From positions 1-8,223 of the forward strand of contig BAAFSQ010000385.1 of NCBI GenBank assembly GCA_054661495.1: 8,223 nt of DNA. Direction: 5' to 3'. Under the pieces are notes generated by a model that was not told the DNA's origin, searched no databases, and saw nothing but the letters and a program-made list of their open reading frames with translations. Positions 7,533-8,223 of this stretch are shown here, piece by piece. The stretch is from Zygophlyctis sp. KS116 (taxonomy: Eukaryota > Fungi > Chytridiomycota). The position numbers and the translations under genes are program-made. The first letter of the stretch is position 1, and each line of letters begins with the position of its first letter.

Positions 7533-7781
7533 TTATACAGATCTGATCCCATAACTGTATATATCCCCTATATACTGAATCGCTGCGGACTGACTGAGAG
7601 CAGGAGGTAGATATTTACCTTCAACATATACTTCTGACAACGAATCTGTTTTGTGATCATACTTGAAAATAATATTCAAAGGGGAAGATTGACTATATCC
7701 ACCAAAAATATAAAGAATAGAAGGACCCGTACAAACATAGGCGGAAGAAACTAATTTAATAGGGTTTATGGAAAAAATATA
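7533..7781 (-). pseudogene. Kelch-repeat (beta-propeller) protein gene fragment
   Basis: Stop-to-stop frame without ATG, absent from the ORF track: ...VSSAYVCTGPSILYIFGGYSQSSPLNIIFKYDHKTDSLSEVYVEGKYLPPALSQSAAIQYIGDIYSYGIRSV*. LYIFGG (FGG at 7698-7706), YD and PP spacing fit a Kelch blade plus the start of the next; the usual Trp is not conserved. Confidence 0.7.
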
Positions 7782-7845
7782 TCAGTAACTGGAATTGAGC
7801 TATGGTCTTAACTCCCCATCAAGTAAATTTGTATAGAATCTGTAC

Positions 7846-8054
7846 CGGGAAACTATTTCTTTACTCCGTGAATATGAGCTCGATCATGATAAAATCTGGT
7901 ATTTAAGCTCAGTGGACGTAGATCTAATAACTTGCAAAATTTCAAGGCTCTACAACTTGTAAATATTATCCTGGAGCTGCGTCGGGAAACTACTTCGGGG
8001 ATTTTTCACTCGGTGAATTTGAGCGCGATCATTATGAAATTTGGTATTTAAGCT
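7846..8054. repeat. Diverged ~137-145-bp tandem repeat (about 1.5 units)
   Basis: cgggaaacta at 7846 and 7983; actc(c/g)gtgaat(a/t)tgagc(t/g)cgatcat and tggtatttaagct (7897, 8042) recur; an indel accounts for the period shift. Confidence 0.85.
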
Positions 8055-8148
8055 TTCTTTATTATGATCTAACACTCTGCACTCATAGCTCTATCTGTAT
8101 TCTAACTAGTTGGTATTGGCATGTCCAAGCCCAGAACCGCTTATATAA
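8054..8148 (+). mobile_element. Severely 5'-truncated, diverged copy of the 3' end of the LINE family at 324-3493
   Basis: Three collinear blocks: tttctttattatgatctaaca (FLYYDLT) vs 3352 tctctttatcaagacatatca (SLYQDIS); cactcatagctc (8080-8091) vs cacttgatagctc (3403-3415); 26/30 identity of 8119-8148 with 3464-3493. Confidence 0.72.
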
Positions 8149-8223
8149 AGGCAATCATAAGCATATTGTCTTCAGAAACTCTTTGTGAACTCCTACGAAA
8201 TTTTCGGCTGTTTTCAAGGAACT

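Noticed and set aside
8100-8135. Helitron 3' end (hairpin plus CTAG)
   Set aside because: The stem is very short, and the segment is better explained by collinear similarity to the LINE 3' end.

Overview
AT-rich, repeat-dense eukaryotic DNA (fungal or protist-like; host not determinable) with no intact host gene. In order: a perfect 150-bp tandem array (1-323) abuts an apparently intact non-LTR retrotransposon (324-3493; APE endonuclease, RT and C-terminal CCHC knuckle; 1008 aa; no in-frame ATG before the first endonuclease motifs; no poly(A) tail). Then come a Ty1/copia integrase fragment (-), a LINE relic lacking its RT core (+), a 24-bp perfect palindrome, a second LINE relic (-), the 3' part of a hAT transposon with its TIR, a 157-bp tandem repeat, a Kelch-repeat gene fragment (-), a diverged ~145-bp repeat and a ~95-bp diverged copy of the intact LINE's 3' end. 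The most notable signal is that these two copies share a 30-nt 3' terminus ending in CTTATATAA rather than a poly(A) tail, and both begin where a ~150-bp tandem repeat breaks off. Short TTAGGG-type motifs occur in all three long LINE sequences. All translations outside the supplied ORF track and all alignments were done by eye; boundaries are approximate.
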